Positions 15,198 to 30,430 of a DNA stretch of 64,000 nucleotides are shown piece after piece. The notes beneath the pieces were generated by a model. That model saw only the letters and a list, made by a program, of their open reading frames with translations, was not told the DNA's origin and ran no database searches. The DNA comes from Octopus vulgaris. Taxonomy: Eukaryota. Position 1 is the first letter of the stretch, and each line of letters begins with the position of its first letter. The stretch covers positions 34,906,001 to 34,970,000 of the forward strand of contig OX597833.1 in the NCBI GenBank assembly GCA_951406725.2, given 5' to 3'. A program made the translations under genes and the position numbers.

Positions 15198-15274
15198 TTC
15201 AGTTGAAAAAGTATCAATGACTGAAACCAGTACTGAAATGTTTTTTATAAAATTGTTTTAGCATTTTCTATCTT

Positions 15275-15277
<3 letters not shown>
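15198..15277 (+). ncRNA. Degenerate minimal hammerhead-like motif plus tail (family shared with 17543 and 33666)
   Basis: ttcag TTGAAAA agta tcaat gact GAAA CCAG TA ctgaa, followed by the shared tail tataaaatt.ttttagcattttctat. Confidence 0.5.
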
Positions 15278-15372
<95 letters not shown>

Positions 15373-15504
15373 AACACACACACACACACACACACACGCA
15401 TATGTATAATGGGAAAATTCACAAAAAAAACAACAAAAGACGAAGACAGGTGGTGTAGACAACAAACAGATGTATTAGTTTAAACGCTCGGGAAGTGAAA
15501 AAGT

Positions 15505-15540
15505 CTTTAACGTTTCGAGCCTACGCTCTTCCACAGAAAG
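15505..15540 (-). ncRNA. Minimal hammerhead-like motif (variant core)
   Basis: Minus strand reads cttt CTGTGGA a GAGC gtag GCTC GAAA CG TT aaag, inside a 170-bp island between (CA)n and (TA)n. Confidence 0.55.
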
Positions 15541-15593
15541 GAACACAGAAAGAAACAAGGAGAGAAAATAAAGAATGTGTATTATACACACAC

Positions 15594-15670
<77 letters not shown>

Positions 15671-16313
15671 TATATATATGTGTGTGTGTATGTGTATATA
15701 AACATGTATATGTATGTGTGCATGTATGTATGCATGTATGTATGCATGCATGTGTGTAAGTGGGCTGTGAATAGGTGTATATATGTGTGCCTATGTACAT
15801 AATTGATTTAATTCCGTTTAATTCCTCATTCATCTCTAATCTTCCGGCCGCAAACATCTTCCTGCACCTCTGTTGACTTCAACAACTTCACCACCACCTA
15901 CATAATCAACCTTCATGATTCAGTTATTTTCTTTCACCTCTACTCCTCCCCTTTGCTACACTCTCCTCTACCACGACGACGACGACGACGACCACCACCA
16001 CCACCACCACCATAATCAACCCCCCCCACTCCCGTAGTATTTTCACATTGTCATCCTCATCTCTTCCACCACCATATTCACCCCTCCTCAGCTCGCCACT
16101 CCCTTCCACCCCTATTTCACTGTTCCACCTCACATCACCCACACCTCCTCACCCAACATCATACAGTTTAGTGATGAGAAACTGATAATCAATGGGTAAA
16201 TTTTTTTTTGTGACACCAGCAAGGAGTGGTCCCTGTTTCTCGACAAAGTATTGAAGTATTGTCTACACATGTATGGAAATAGTGTGTGTGCGTGTGCATG
16301 CTTGTGTATGTAC

Positions 16314-16429
<116 letters not shown>

Positions 16430-16486
16430 CTATCTACATCTATATATCTATATATATATACATATATATATCTATATCTCTCTCTC

Positions 16487-16517
<31 letters not shown>

Positions 16518-16535
16518 CTATATATCTATATATAT

Positions 16536-16574
<39 letters not shown>

Positions 16575-16677
16575 CGTTTATGCACGTATCTGATTTTGTT
16601 TGAATCTTTCAAGAGTAATTGAAAATCTTACAACTTTACCGCAATCACTGAGTAAACTTCCTATGCAATTATGAAGG

Positions 16678-16739
<62 letters not shown>

Positions 16740-17119
16740 TGTCTATTTTCAATGGTATGCATGTATTTGTGTGTACGTATGTCTATAGTATGTGTCTAAA
16801 ATTATTATGAATGCGTGTCATTTTGTTCCTTTCATAATTGAAGCATATATAATTGTCAGTCAAACAAGTTCATAGAGCTCAATACGTTAGCCACCTCCAT
16901 CATTAATACGCGCTGTTTGTTTATGTACGTACATGTGTCTGTGACGATATATTTGTGATCAAATGTGTAGAGGTTCGCTTGCTATACACATATTTTACAA
17001 AGAACCTTTAAGTTGAGCAACTGGGAGTGGATCAGTGTTTCTTGGTTAGCGATTCACACACGCACATTTATCCACTCCTTAACTGCCCGTTCATTTGTGT
17101 GACTTTGTAGCTGTTCGTA

Positions 17120-17202
<83 letters not shown>

Positions 17203-17323
17203 TAGTCTGTCTGTATGTTTGTCTGTGTGTCTGTCTGTATGTTTGTCTGTGTGTCTGTCTGTGATTCTGCTTGTGTGTCTGTCTGTGTCTATCTGTGTCT
17301 GTCTCCCTATGTCTGTCAGTCTA

Positions 17324-17356
<33 letters not shown>

Positions 17357-17542
17357 ATCTACTTATCTATCTACCTGTCTGTCTGCCTGTCCATCTGGTT
17401 GCCTGTTTGTCTGTCTGTTTGTCTATCCCTGTCTCTCTGTCTATCTATAAAATAAGCGCCGGTTTCTAACCTAGATGCAAAGCTCCTTCATTGGAATTTC
17501 AGCTTCAACAATATGGTATTTTTGTATGTATTGTTTTCCATA

Positions 17543-17620
17543 CAGTTGAAAAGGTCTCAATGATTGAAACCAGTACTGAAATGTTTTTTATAAAATTATT
17601 TTAGCATTTTCTATCTTGAC
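17543..17620 (+). ncRNA. Degenerate minimal hammerhead-like motif plus tail
   Basis: cag TTGAAAA GGTC tcaat GATT GAAA CCAG TA ctg, with the same tail as 15198. Confidence 0.5.
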
Positions 17621-17631
17621 ATTTTTCGCAT

Positions 17632-18692
17632 TTTGGCGCACTGACTTTTTAATTAATTTTTTTAAACGAAACAGTTTGAAATTTCGTATACTGGTGGACT
17701 GTCTCACGCAGAACACGGTTTACTTTGAACATTTTGTACAAAATTTGATATTTTAGAAGTTATTTCGTGTTAAAGTTGTCGTATTTGGGTGATTTCAACC
17801 AATAAACGACGTGTAATCAGTTGAAGAAAGCTACTGCTGTTTGCGATAGTTATCGAAGAGCAACAGCTTCCGGGTCATCTCTACTAAATGTCACCGCTCT
17901 GTTCTATTCGTATGTCGAGCGAAGACGATGCCACCTTTAGTCTTTCTTCCTTTCTAGTCAGCACCGTGCATTCCTTACTCTTTCCCTACCTTCCACACTA
18001 TCAACTAGCAACCAGTGAGCGAACTTGTCACTGCCACAACAATTACCATATTTTCCAGTGTATAAGCTGCTATTTGTTTTGTTTTACCTTCATATTTTGA
18101 TAATGTTATTTTTAATCAAATACTTTTATATTGATGACGTGTTTGTTGTTGATTATAGTGAGATAAAATCATGACAATAATAATACATCTCATAGTTGTA
18201 AAATAAGACATTTTAAAAATACATACACATCAACAACAAAAAAGCTGGCTGCGGACCCTTAGCTCTATAGGTCTTTCAATCATCGGTGCGCTTTATGTGC
18301 AGATAAAACACCGATGTCGGATAAACGAATAAATATATGTAAATAATATTTCTTCCTTCTTAGTGTTGATTCTTCGAGGTTTACTAGTAACTCCGAAAAC
18401 AGCGTGTAGTATGCAACACGGGCAGTAAACAAAAAATAAAATAGAACAGAGTGGTGACATTTAGTAGAGATGACCCGGAAGTTGTTGCTCTTCGATAACT
18501 ATCGCAAACAGCAGTAGCTTTCTTCAACTGATTACACGTCGTTGATTGGTTGAAATGACCAACTTCTAAAAATACCAAATTTTGTCACAAATGTTCAAAG
18601 TGAACCGTGTTCTGCATGTAACATTCCACCAGTATACGAATTTTGAAACTGTTTAGTTTTAAAAAATTAATTTAAAAATCTGTGTGCCAAAT
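17632..18692. mobile_element. MITE / non-autonomous DNA transposon with TIRs of about 260 bp
   Basis: 17632-17908 is reverse-complementary to 18440-18692 (for example gaagaaagctactgctgtttgcgatagttatcgaagagcaac). Non-coding interior. Confidence 0.85.
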
Positions 18693-18704
18693 TGAGCGAA
18701 TCCA

Positions 18705-19155
18705 ACTTCTGATTTTTACAGTTCCAGTGATGGATTGGATATGTAGTCTTTGAATTAGCTTTCTCCTTTCTGATTTTGAGAAGCCTAATTTCTCAAGATT
18801 GGTGTTTAGGCAGTGTGTTACATATATCCCAGGGCCCTAAAAATTACATGTATAAACCTGAACTTGTATTCTGGATAGAGTGACTGCTGATTTCTCAATA
18901 GTTCAGCGTAGGTATTCTCTTTTTCATTGATCTTCAGCTTTCTGTTAACATCCGCTATGCAGCTAATTTCCGCAACTGTGCATGTTTTCTCTTCTCTATC
19001 CCAAATTCTTATATCAAGTCTGTTGTGCTTAGATTTTATCGAGGTCTTCACTGGGACATTTCACCAGTACTCCTTTTTATTATGATTGGCTATGGCTTCT
19101 ACCATACTATGGATTCTTATTTCTTTGTCCTCGTGGTTATCTCTCCGATGAATTT
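18705..19155 (-). mobile_element. Non-LTR retrotransposon C-terminal restriction-like endonuclease fragment (R4/Dong/NeSL-type)
   Basis: HNRLDIRIWDREEKTCTVAEISCIADVN..KINEKENTYAEL..FIHVIFRALGY resembles the NRPDI..E..K..KY..L..PVIIGALG signature. Confidence 0.8.
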
Positions 19156-19344
19156 CATATGTATATATACATGTATGTGTGTGTGTGCTGTTCTCTCTCT
19201 CTCATTCATTCTCTCTCTCATTCATTCTCTCTCTCTCTCACTCATTGTCTTTCTCTCATTCGTCCTTCCTCTCACTCGTCCTCTCTCTCGCTCGTCCTCT
19301 CTCTCACTCGTCCTCTCTCTCACTCGTCTTCTCTCTCAATCGTC

Positions 19345-19376
<32 letters not shown>

Positions 19377-19589
19377 GCATGTATGTACGCGCATGTGGAC
19401 ATCTGATACGCTGATGATAGTGATATATATAAAATATATAAATAAAACCTTGTTATCTTATGGATAATATCTCATTATAAATATTACTTATGTGTATATC
19501 CAAAGATCTAAGCCATCTTGCGTTCGGAAATTAATCATATAAATTACCGTATTTTCGGGCATATAAGGCGCACAGGCATATAGGCGAAC

Positions 19590-20510
19590 TCCAATTTCCA
19601 TAACCAACCAATGACACAAAAATTATCAAGAATCACCGTTAATGTAATCAATCTGCACTGATGATACTTTCAACTACTGCCCCTAATATGAAGCTGTTAT
19701 CACTGTTCAAGTTAACTTAGCAACCTTGAAAAATGCATTTTCCTTCAATATCTTGGTAGCATATCAAACAAGGATGAAAATCTTGATGACGAAATTGCAA
19801 ATAGAATTCAGAAGTCATGGATATTTTTGTTAGGAAGTGACAATCTTCCCTATAGTCTCAACGGAAATAGATTTTTTTAGTAATGTTGTATGTAAAACAT
19901 TACTAAAATATCCATTTCCCAAACCTATATTTTGTCTGTTTTGTTGTATGGCTGTAAAACGTACATCTTTTTCGAAACCTGTAAAACAGCTGGGGCATTC
20001 TCAGTAAAAGTATCTTCGACAAAATTTGCTCGTATCTTGGAGAGACTGCGTGAATTATGTTGCGGTTTTTGAGTTAGCAATGTTATAAATTTCCACGCTC
20101 TCTTCCAACGTTGAAGACGAGGGTGGATAGGGAGGTTCTATAGATCGTATAGAAGATAAAAGCATTTCACAGCATCTATTATATGGAGGACATATTTCTC
20201 CAAAGAGAACAAAGATCCTCTTACGAACTGAAGTAAAAGATGCAAAGATTGCCTTAAATTTTTAAATCTGATTTGTTAAAAAAGACAATTTTCACACGGA
20301 AACTTGAGAAATAATTGCATATGAGAGGCTGTTATTGATTAAAAATGTTTTCATGCATTTTGAAAAGAATCGCATTAAACTCATGAAACTGAAACGAGAT
20401 GCAGGGAAAAGAAACTTCGTAAATATCAATAATTTCTTCAAACATTCTACTTATAAGCGGGTTTGTCTTTGTAAGGCTGATATTGTTAGTCACTTAAAGG
20501 GTACATAAAT
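19590..20510 (+). mobile_element. Highly decayed RTE-clade LINE 3' region
   Basis: Fragments FQYLGS, LDDEIANRIQKS, VLLYGCKT, KYLRQNLLVSWRDCVNYVAVFE, DRIEDKSISQHLLYGG. Confidence 0.75.
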
Positions 20511-20682
20511 CAAAACAAACTAATAATGAATCTTCGCCATCTGAAAGAATACATATTTGCACATTATATAATAAATGCTAACTTTCTATTGATGGTGTAA
20601 TTGATACATGTCTATATACGATGCCAATAGGCATGATACTGCATTTTTACTGAACTGAAAAGAAGCATTGATGTGATGGGAA

Positions 20683-20883
20683 GGCGGCGAGTTGGCAGAA
20701 ACGTTAGCACGCCGGGCGTTACGTTCTAAGTTCAAATTCGCCGAGGTCGACTTTCATCCTATCGGAGCCGATTAATTAAGTACTAGTGAAACACTGTGGT
20801 CGATGTAATCGACTTAATCCGTTTGTCTGTCCTTGTTTGTCCCCTCTGTGTTTAGCCCCTTGTGGGTAGTAAAGAAATAGGTA
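20683..20883 (+). mobile_element. SINE family C
   Basis: Collinear with 10209-10446, with internal deletions. Confidence 0.85.
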
Positions 20884-21233
20884 AATATAAGATGAAAACA
20901 AACTGGGAAACAAGCAAACAACTATGAAAAGTAAGTAGGCATGCAAACAAGCATAAGAAGCCGAATGATGAAAAAGCCTTTAAAAAAATACGAGCGTTGA
21001 AGAGTTCATTGTAAAATAGGGATTGGTTCGTTTGTGGTTACAGTTTCTGGTTTGTGGTTGGCAACAACCTTTGTGGATAATTTGATATGGTTAGGGAGAT
21101 GAATAGATAAATAGATGAAATTCGTGTAATGTATTATAATGAACTACGATGGCTCCTTGTAAATGATGAGAACGTGCCGTGCTTGGGTATCGCATTTAAC
21201 AGTTTTTGTCGTGACGTTCACAACTTACATGTA

Positions 21234-21562
21234 GGGGGAGATGACCCTCTTCAGTCATGAATGACCATGGGATTGCACATAGAAAGTTACCCTCCGAGGT
21301 ACAAGTCCGGGCAAGGTTGTTTATGGAAGACCAGCAGTCGTCCATGCATACCAGCCTCCCATCTCCACACCACTGATATTATCCAAGGGAAAGGCAAATG
21401 CCAATGTAGCTTGGCACCAGTGATGTCGCGACTCATTTCTACAGCTGAGTTAACTGGAGCAACGTGAAATAAAGTGTCTTGCTCAAGAACACAACACGCA
21501 GCCCAGTCCGGGATTCGAGCTCACAACCTCACGATCGTAAGCTCGACGCTCTAACCACTTTA
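21234..21562 (-). mobile_element. SINE family A
   Basis: Homologous to 651-987. A 15-bp TSD cacaacttacatgta lies at 21219-21233 and 21563-21577. Confidence 0.9.
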
Positions 21563-21909
21563 CACAACTTACATGTATACATTGAAAAATATGTGTTGTA
21601 TTTGTTGTCGAAAACATGTTCTACGTTGTCAGTCCGAGGTTTTGTGTCGAGGAGAACGCTTTTGATACTGGCGTTTTCTTAGATGTGACACATGCTGTAG
21701 TTTATTTTATACAACTAAAGCACAATTAGTTCATGTAGTGTACGATATGTGTCGTTCACGTGTTTTTTTTTTTAAGTACTGCATCGGTTGTATCAGTGTG
21801 AGAGAACCTGCTCTTGCTTTGGTTTATGGGTCTCAGGTTTACTAATCATTTAGGATACTGTTGTTAATAAGTGTTTCTTCATCTTTCTTTTATACTTGTC
21901 TTTCATCTT

Positions 21910-22465
21910 TCATTTATACTTGTTTTATTCATTAGAATGCAGCCCTGTTTGGGCATCGCATTGAAGAAATTTAGTTGACCGAATCAACCACAGAACTTAC
22001 TTTTTTTTTAGTCTGGTACCTATTCTATAGGTTTGCTTTACCGAATTGCTAAGTCATAGGCACATAAACACACCAACACCAGTTGTCAAGCAGTGGAGGG
22101 TGACAAGCACACACATAAAGATACATATCCATACCTACACACTCACTGACACGCACCCACCCACATACATACAGACCTATATATAAATAAAAAAAATGCA
22201 TTGTAAATAAACAACGACAAATATAAAACGTATACGCATACTGAGGGAACAACCGGACGGGAGATAGACAGGGAGGGTCCCTAATTCTTCATATATATAT
22301 ATGTATATAAACACGACGGACTTCTGTTAGTTTTCCAAACCTAATCCACTCATAAGGCTTTGGTCGGCGGTCCGAGGGTATAGCAGAAGACACTTACTCA
22401 GGGGGACCGAACGCAGAACCATACCGTTGGGAAGTAAAATTCTTAACACACAGCTACACTTGAGC
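21910..22465 (-). mobile_element. Old SINE family B copy with internal insertion
   Basis: ccgaattgctaagt..aaacacaccaacaccagttgtcaagc and aatccactcataaggctttggtcgg..gaagacactt. Confidence 0.7.
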
Positions 22466-22728
22466 CTGTAGTAGATGAAAACTTAAGTGCGTCTATAAAG
22501 AGATTTCACTACAGGACATTTTGTATCTTTGAAGACTCACTTGTACATATACAAGCATTTGTTTGCGATTTTTTTTGTGTGTGTATTCTTCCTTATCAGT
22601 GTATTGTTCCTTATACATTGTACCAGTGTATTGTTCCTTATCTCTACATTAACGCCTTATCTTTATATTAATAGGTGGTTTGGGTCACAATTTATGTTAG
22701 CCCTATATTAGAAGTAAATGTAAGGATA

Positions 22729-23149
22729 GGCGTAGGTGTCGCTGTGTGGTAAGTAGCTTGCTTACGAACCACATGGTTCCCGGTTCAGTCCCACTGCGTG
22801 GCACCTTGGGCAAGTGTCTTCTACTATAGCCTCGGGCCGACCAAAGCCTTGTGAGTGGATTTGGTAGACGGAAACTGAAAGAAGCCCGTCGTATATATGT
22901 ATATGTATATATGTTTCTGTGTGTATATGTTTGTGCATCTGTGTTTGGTCCCCCCCAACATCGCTTGACAACCGATGCTGGTGTGTTTACGTCCCCGTAA
23001 CTTAGCGGTTCGGCCAAAGAGACCGATAGAATAAGTACTAGGCTTACAAAGAATAAGTCCTGGGGACGATTTGCTCGACTAAAGGCGTTGCTCCAGCATG
23101 GCCGCAGTCAAATGACTGAAACAAGTAAAAGAGTACCGAGTAAAGAGTA
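22729..23149 (+). mobile_element. SINE family B, full length
   Basis: Near-identical to 5986-6392. Confidence 0.9.
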
Positions 23150-23533
23150 TGTCAGTATTTTCATGGTTTTTCAGTTCTTGCACAGTTATCTTCTGGTCCC
23201 GTCAACAACAGGATGATAATGAGAGACGGAAATGTCTCAAACGTTAATGAACTAAGTGATATAGGAAAGCTGTTCCTCCGAATTGTAAAAAGAGTTGAGG
23301 AAACATGGAAGATGCTGTGTAGAAAAAGATTCAACTCGGATATACATGTATGTGAGTGTGTGTGTGTGAATGTGTCTTATGTGTGTGTGTATAGGCAATC
23401 AGGTTTATACAGATAAATATAGTTTGATAGAAACACAGTGTTTCAGAGACATAAACACTTAAACATAGTTATATAGACATACACTGTCAGACACACGCAC
23501 AGCTATAAATACACCCCACACACGTATATGTAC

Positions 23534-23564
<31 letters not shown>

Positions 23565-23622
23565 TGTATGTATGTATGTATGTATGTATGTATGTATGTA
23601 TGTATGTATCTCTCTCTCTCTC

Positions 23623-23680
<58 letters not shown>

Positions 23681-23682
23681 TA

Positions 23683-23901
23683 CGAGAGAGTGCCGAGAAC
23701 TTCCTGGATTTAAGGGTATCATGAAAGCCCTGTTTGGAGGCCCAAATTTCTGAGTTGTTTTACAGGGCGTAGAAAAAACTGAAGGACCTTTGCAATAAGT
23801 GTGTGAATCTGAGCGGGGTAATATGTTGAATAAAATCATAATTAACTGATCCTCCTGTATTTTCTTTTGCCCAAAGCCAAGAACTTTTCAGCATCCCTTC
23901 G
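23683..23901. mobile_element. Mariner-derived MITE
   Basis: Imperfect TIRs (ta)cgagagagtgccgagaacttcctggattt / aaagccaagaacttttcagcatcccttcg. Partial copy at 26891-27002. Confidence 0.75.
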
Positions 23902-24679
23902 TGCATGTTATATATACATATATATGTATGTATGTATGTGTGTATATGTACACACACACACACATACGCATGGCAACTTAAGCAGCAGTAGTTGCTAGTT
24001 GTGACCTAAATGGTAAAAGTAATGAAATGTCGGTACATATAGATATGCACACAGACATTCTGTTCAGCTGCAGTTATAGACTTGCATACTGACCTCAATA
24101 TAGTTATAGACGTGTATGTGAGTGTACTATGGATAAATGTGTATGTGTGAGTGTGTGAGTGTATCTATATATATGTATATGTATGTGTGCATGATTATGT
24201 TTGTGTGTGTATATGGATATGCATATATATATACTAAAACACAAGGAGATAGCTATACATATACAATACTATACGTAAGGACACATACTGATAGTCTGCA
24301 AGGGAGGCGTGCATACTGACCTCAATAGTTATGTCGACATATAGACACATACTCAGGCACACGCACACGCGCACACACACACATACACATTCATATACTT
24401 ACGTATACGAACAAAGTTAAATTTACTTTTGTGCACATAGACATACAGACCCAGTTATAGCATACACACAAACGCAGAGAAATATGCACACCCTTACACA
24501 AACAGACACACGCGCGGTGTAATGTTGCATCTGTAGATACGCAACATACTGACCTCAATATGGTAGTGTACCGAGTTTGTACATATACACGGGTGCACAT
24601 ACATACATACACACATTCATACACACACACATACATACATACATACATACATACATACATACATACATACACACACACA

Positions 24680-24711
<32 letters not shown>

Positions 24712-24817
24712 CGCGACATTACAACAGGATAGCTGTGTCCATAAACTTCGGTTGGTTGTGTACACACATCGCTCGCACGCACACACACGCACACACACAC
24801 AGGCACACACACACGCG

Positions 24818-24862
<45 letters not shown>

Positions 24863-25724
24863 GAACCCATAGATATGAGCACAAACACAGACACACAACC
24901 ACAAGCATCACAATAAGTGTACGAATACGTATGATTAGCACACGTTGCGTTTCACCCTCACTCGGCCTTGATCCAGCAGACCAACGATCAAAAGCATTCC
25001 AGCCATGACCATCGCAATACTTTTTTTTTTGTCACAAGCATAGTGCACTCAGAAGTACATTAACCAATATGTTCTAATTTCAAAACCGTAGGGTGGAACT
25101 TTGGGTAGATGTAATTGCTATTTTTGGCAGGTCGTACGACCAATTTGGCTCGTATATGTATGTGAGACGAATCATATGTGTGATTAACTAACAACTATTT
25201 ATTGTATGCATATGTCCTACAAATAAACGTATAATTAAATAAAATTCTGTGTGCTTTTACTAAGGCAACTTATCTCCCACCATTCCTCGATCTGTTCCCC
25301 TCTCTCTCTTTTCTCTTCTTATTTCCTTCATTTTCTTTCTCGCTCATTTTCTTTCTCTCATCTCACTCACTTCCTTACAACTCTCTGTCTGTTTGTCTCT
25401 CTATATATATATCTCTCTCTCTCAACTAGCTACAATTTAAAAAAATTCTTCGTTAAATCTAATCGAGCAGAACTACGATTCCTACGATTATCGTATATAA
25501 TGTATCTAGAACAGTATTACTCTGTCCCCTTCATTTTTCAGCGCGTCAGGATATTATTTTGAAGGAGATTTGGTTGCTATTTCTAGCAGACCGAGCTTTT
25601 TTTTTTATAGATGTTCCCTTGTTATAATTGACTTTGGTAGAAATATTATTAAAACATATACTAGTCACATTTTAAGAACTGCTCTACAAATTTGCGACCT
25701 TGTTCTATGGTAGATTAAAGAGTA

Positions 25725-26385
25725 TTAGAGGGTAGTGGCAATTAAGGGCGATGGGTGGTACATTAAAGATTAGTAGATGGCAGTTATTAAGGGTAATTTC
25801 TGACACGCACATTGTCAATTGAGGACAGCAGTTAAGAGTGTTACTGGTACATTGTATAGCAGTGTATAATAGCAATTAAGGGCGATGGGTGAAACGTTAA
25901 GGGACAGGAAATGATGTCAATTAAAGGTGATGGGTGGCATAAAAGATCAGTAGATAGCAGCAATTAAGAGTGAAGGATGGTACCTCTAAGGGTAGTAGTT
26001 AGTAGTATTTAAGGGTACTGAATGATACATTAAAGAACAATAGATGGTAGAAATTAAGGACGATGGATTGCAATGCAATTGAGGGCGAATGATGGCACAT
26101 TAAAGTTTAGTAGATGGAAAGAATTAAGGACCAGGGTGGATCGTTAAAGGAAGCAGATAATAGCGATTACGAATGATAGGTGGTACATTAGAAGTCAGTG
26201 TATGGTGTAAAAAAGTACCAGAAATGTAGCAGTTACGGTTGATGGGTGGTACACTAAATGGTAGTAGATGATTGCAAATAAGAGTAATATATGTCACGTT
26301 GATGGTTAGTGGTTGGTAGCAATTAAGAGCGATGGATGGTACAATAAACGACAGTAGACAGTGGAAAGGAAGGACGATGGATGGC
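25725..26385. repeat. Degenerate tandem repeat, unit about 45 bp
   Basis: Recurring tagatggtagcaattaagggcgatgggtggtacattaaag-like unit. Confidence 0.75.
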
Positions 26386-26489
26386 GAAATCCGAAAAGCA
26401 ATACCTTGTAGTGTTAGTTCTGAGTTTAAATCCTGTTGTGGTCAACTTTGGCTTGTCTCTTTCGCGATCGATAAAATAAATTATCAGTC

Positions 26490-27120
<631 letters not shown>

Positions 27121-27212
27121 ATTGTTTATTGTACTAATACGTATTCTTGTTTATTTTTATATCTAGAGACATTTTTAATGTTAATATCTGTTATTTATCT
27201 TTTGATGAAGCA

Positions 27213-27537
27213 GTGAAGGTGCATGGCTCAGTGGTTAGAGCGTCGAGCTTACGATCGTGAGGTTGTGAGCTCGAATCCCGGACCGGGCTGGGTGTTGTGT
27301 GCTTGAGCAAGACACTTTATTTAGTTCACTCAGCTGTAGAAATGAGTTGTGACGTCACAGGTTCCAAGCTGTATCTGCTGTTGCCCTTCCCTTGGATAAC
27401 ACTGGTGGCGTGGAGGTGGGAGGCCGGTATGCATGGGCGACTGCTGGTCTTCCGTAAACAGCCTTGCCCGGACTTGTGCCTGGGAGGGTAACTTTCTAGG
27501 TGCAATCCCACGGTCAGTCATGACCGAAGAGGGTTTC
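27213..27537 (+). mobile_element. SINE family A
   Basis: gtgaaggtgcatggctcagtggttagagcg..ctcgaatccc. Imperfect TSD cttttgatga on both sides. Confidence 0.9.
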
Positions 27538-29285
27538 AATAAACCTTTTGATGAGGTAACCGTAACCTCAGTAGGATGGTTAGTTCCTTTGTTACTTGCT
27601 TCTTTTGGGCTAAATATATGAAGGAATTTTGAAAATTCGAAAACATTAAATTAAAAGATGTCAGCGTTTTTAACAGTCAGCCACCTGAAAGGGGATGTGG
27701 AAGGGGATTTTAAAAGGAGGGTGGAACCTACCGCTAAATACCTTCCCCTCTGTAGGTCGATGAATGAGGATGTCCATCCCACCTCACTCAAAGTACAAAG
27801 TTAAGAAATTACATCACCGCTAATGTGACGACCGGCGGTAGAAACGATAACAACAATAACAACAACAACAACTACAACAACAGCAACAACAGCAGCAGCA
27901 ACAATGAAAACAACAACAAATACAGCAATAACAACAACATGCCAAACAAAGAGAACATCAACCTATCAAAATCACCTTGATGATGTCAACAAAATACCAA
28001 CAACGACACCGGCAGTAGAAAACTCAAAAACCAGCGAGATCAAGAGCACTGTTATCACCACCACAACCACAACCACTACTGCCACAATAGATTTCCACAA
28101 CAGCAACAACATCAACAACATCGACAGTAATAACAAATTTGTTGAAGCAGTGTATAATGTCAAGCAAAATACCACCATAACCATCACCACTGCCACCGAT
28201 ACAAAAGTCAAGAGCAAAGCCCCTATGGTGACTATTACTGCTGCTAGCTCTAACACCGTTACCATTACCACTACTACCAATGTGCCAACCCAAAGCAGTA
28301 GCATCACCAGAATTGGTAGCACAAAAACTCAATCCTTTGCAAGAGTGGACACAAATGACACGCAGGTTTTAATGGTGGATTAACAAACAGGTTTAAAAAG
28401 GCAAAGCAAAAACAAATGCCGAATAGCAAGTAAAAATTTGCGAGTGAAAAGTTACGGTAGAAGTGCGTCAGAACCTCTGAAAAAGACTGCTATATCTTTT
28501 AGTCTGCAGGCGTGTATCGGTCAAAAGCCGGCAGTGAAAATGGCCACACGCGCCTAAATGGAAATTTGCTAGCGAGAAATACAGGCGGACATAGACTTCA
28601 TCACGAGGACCGATCAATTCAGCGCCTTCGAATCGCAATTCCTCAAGAGAGCCTTTGCAGTAAATCACTCCATTACCCCATGTAACAAAGAGGAATTTGT
28701 CCTCATTCCAACTTATCAGGAAAAATTGACATAGACGATATCGAGTGTGCCACCAAAGTTTGACATCGCATGGGTTATGGCGTGCATCTTCCTGGAGGGA
28801 AGCGACTGTGTCCTGGATGTTAAAAACTATAGGCCAGATAATTAGTCTTGAATAAAACTAGAGGTCCTTTCATAGGTGACACCAGAACACCTGGAAAGAT
28901 AATATATATGTATGTATGTATGTATGTATGCATGTATGTACATGTATACATTTATATGTATGTATATCGATATCAACAGAGAGAGGCTACACTAAATGCT
29001 ACTTTGGTATACTGGTAGCGCATCTATTATATTCAGAGAAGAGATATGTTTGAGCCCCACGTGTAGTCTCCGACCTTTTTTTTCTTTTAATCAAGGCTGT
29101 TTTTTAAACCCAATATTCTGATTGCTGTTATTTATAGCCTTATCTACTTCGAGCTACGCTGTTGAAAAGGTTTATGTAATTAAAATACCAGTACAACATC
29201 AACTTTCCGGATACCGATTGCCTCTTGTAATCTCCACTAATTTAAGATCTGGAACTTCAAACATCTGCGGCCGCTGCACAATAAC

Positions 29286-29611
29286 ACTGGAACTTCGTCG
29301 GTTACTACGACGAGGATTCCAGCTGACCCGATCAATTGGACAGCCTGTCTCCGAAATTAACGTGCAAGCGGCTGAGCATTTCACAGACACATGTACCCTT
29401 TATGTAGATCTCAGGGAGATTCCGCGTGACACAGAAAGCGACAAGGTTAGCCCCTTTGAATTACAGATACTACTCACTTTGCCAGCAGAGTGAACCGAAG
29501 CAATGTGAAATATAGTGTCTTGTTTAAGGGTACAACACGCCGTCGGTAATCGAATCCATGACCTTACAATCGTGAGTCGAATACCCTAACCACTAATCCG
29601 CCCACCTTCAC
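29286..29611 (-). mobile_element. SINE family D
   Basis: Reverse complement of the 13120-13420 type. Confidence 0.85.
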
Positions 29612-29654
29612 CACATTGCACAGTACAGTATTAATAAACTTGTATCATTTATAC

Positions 29655-29904
29655 CAATGGTTCGCAACCGTTTTTTGCCTATGGACTCCATTGGTTCCCA
29701 TGTTACTCCCTAATAAATATTCGTTGTTTAAAAAAAGAACCTTTGTATTTTTATACTTTAAGTTTATTAGCAATTATTATTAAGAAAAATGTTAAAATAT
29801 TTTGTGTATTGTAGAATTATAACCAATTCATTGTACATAAACTTTAACAGCAAAATCTTACGTAGATCCCTAAGGGTCACGTGGACCCAAGTTAAGAACT
29901 ATTG
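29655..29904. mobile_element. hAT (Charlie-like) MITE
   Basis: Termini caatggttcgcaac / gttaagaactattg. The 8-bp flanks atttatac / attcttac match at 6 of 8 positions. Confidence 0.7.
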
Positions 29905-30009
29905 ATTCTTACTTTGTTTTATTCGGAGTGTCCAAAGTGACCAGCACCATTTTTGGAAAAATCAGTAATCTTTGGAATCATACATTCCAGATAATCGATG
30001 CTGCACCTG

Positions 30010-30093
<84 letters not shown>

Positions 30094-30117
30094 CTCTCTC
30101 TCTATCTGTCTGTCTTT

Positions 30118-30318
30118 GGCGCTGTGTGGTAAAAAGTGAAGTTTGCTTCAAAACTGAATTGTTCCGGGTTCAGTCCCATTGCGTGGCAAATTGAGCAAGT
30201 GTCTTCTACTATGGACCCGCACTAATAAAAACAGCTAATGAGTGAATTAGTTGGACGAACGGCGAAAGAAACTCATGTATATATTGATTTGCCTAATAGT
30301 GGTTTTGTATCTAATTTA

Positions 30319-30369
<51 letters not shown>

Positions 30370-30430
30370 GAGTTTCTTTCGCCGTTCGTCCAACTAATTC
30401 ACTCATTAGCTGTTTTTATTAGTGCGGGTC

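Noticed and set aside
27213-27290. tRNA gene
   Set aside because: The tRNA-like head continues into a repeated SINE body with TSD-like flanks, and I could not form a full cloverleaf.
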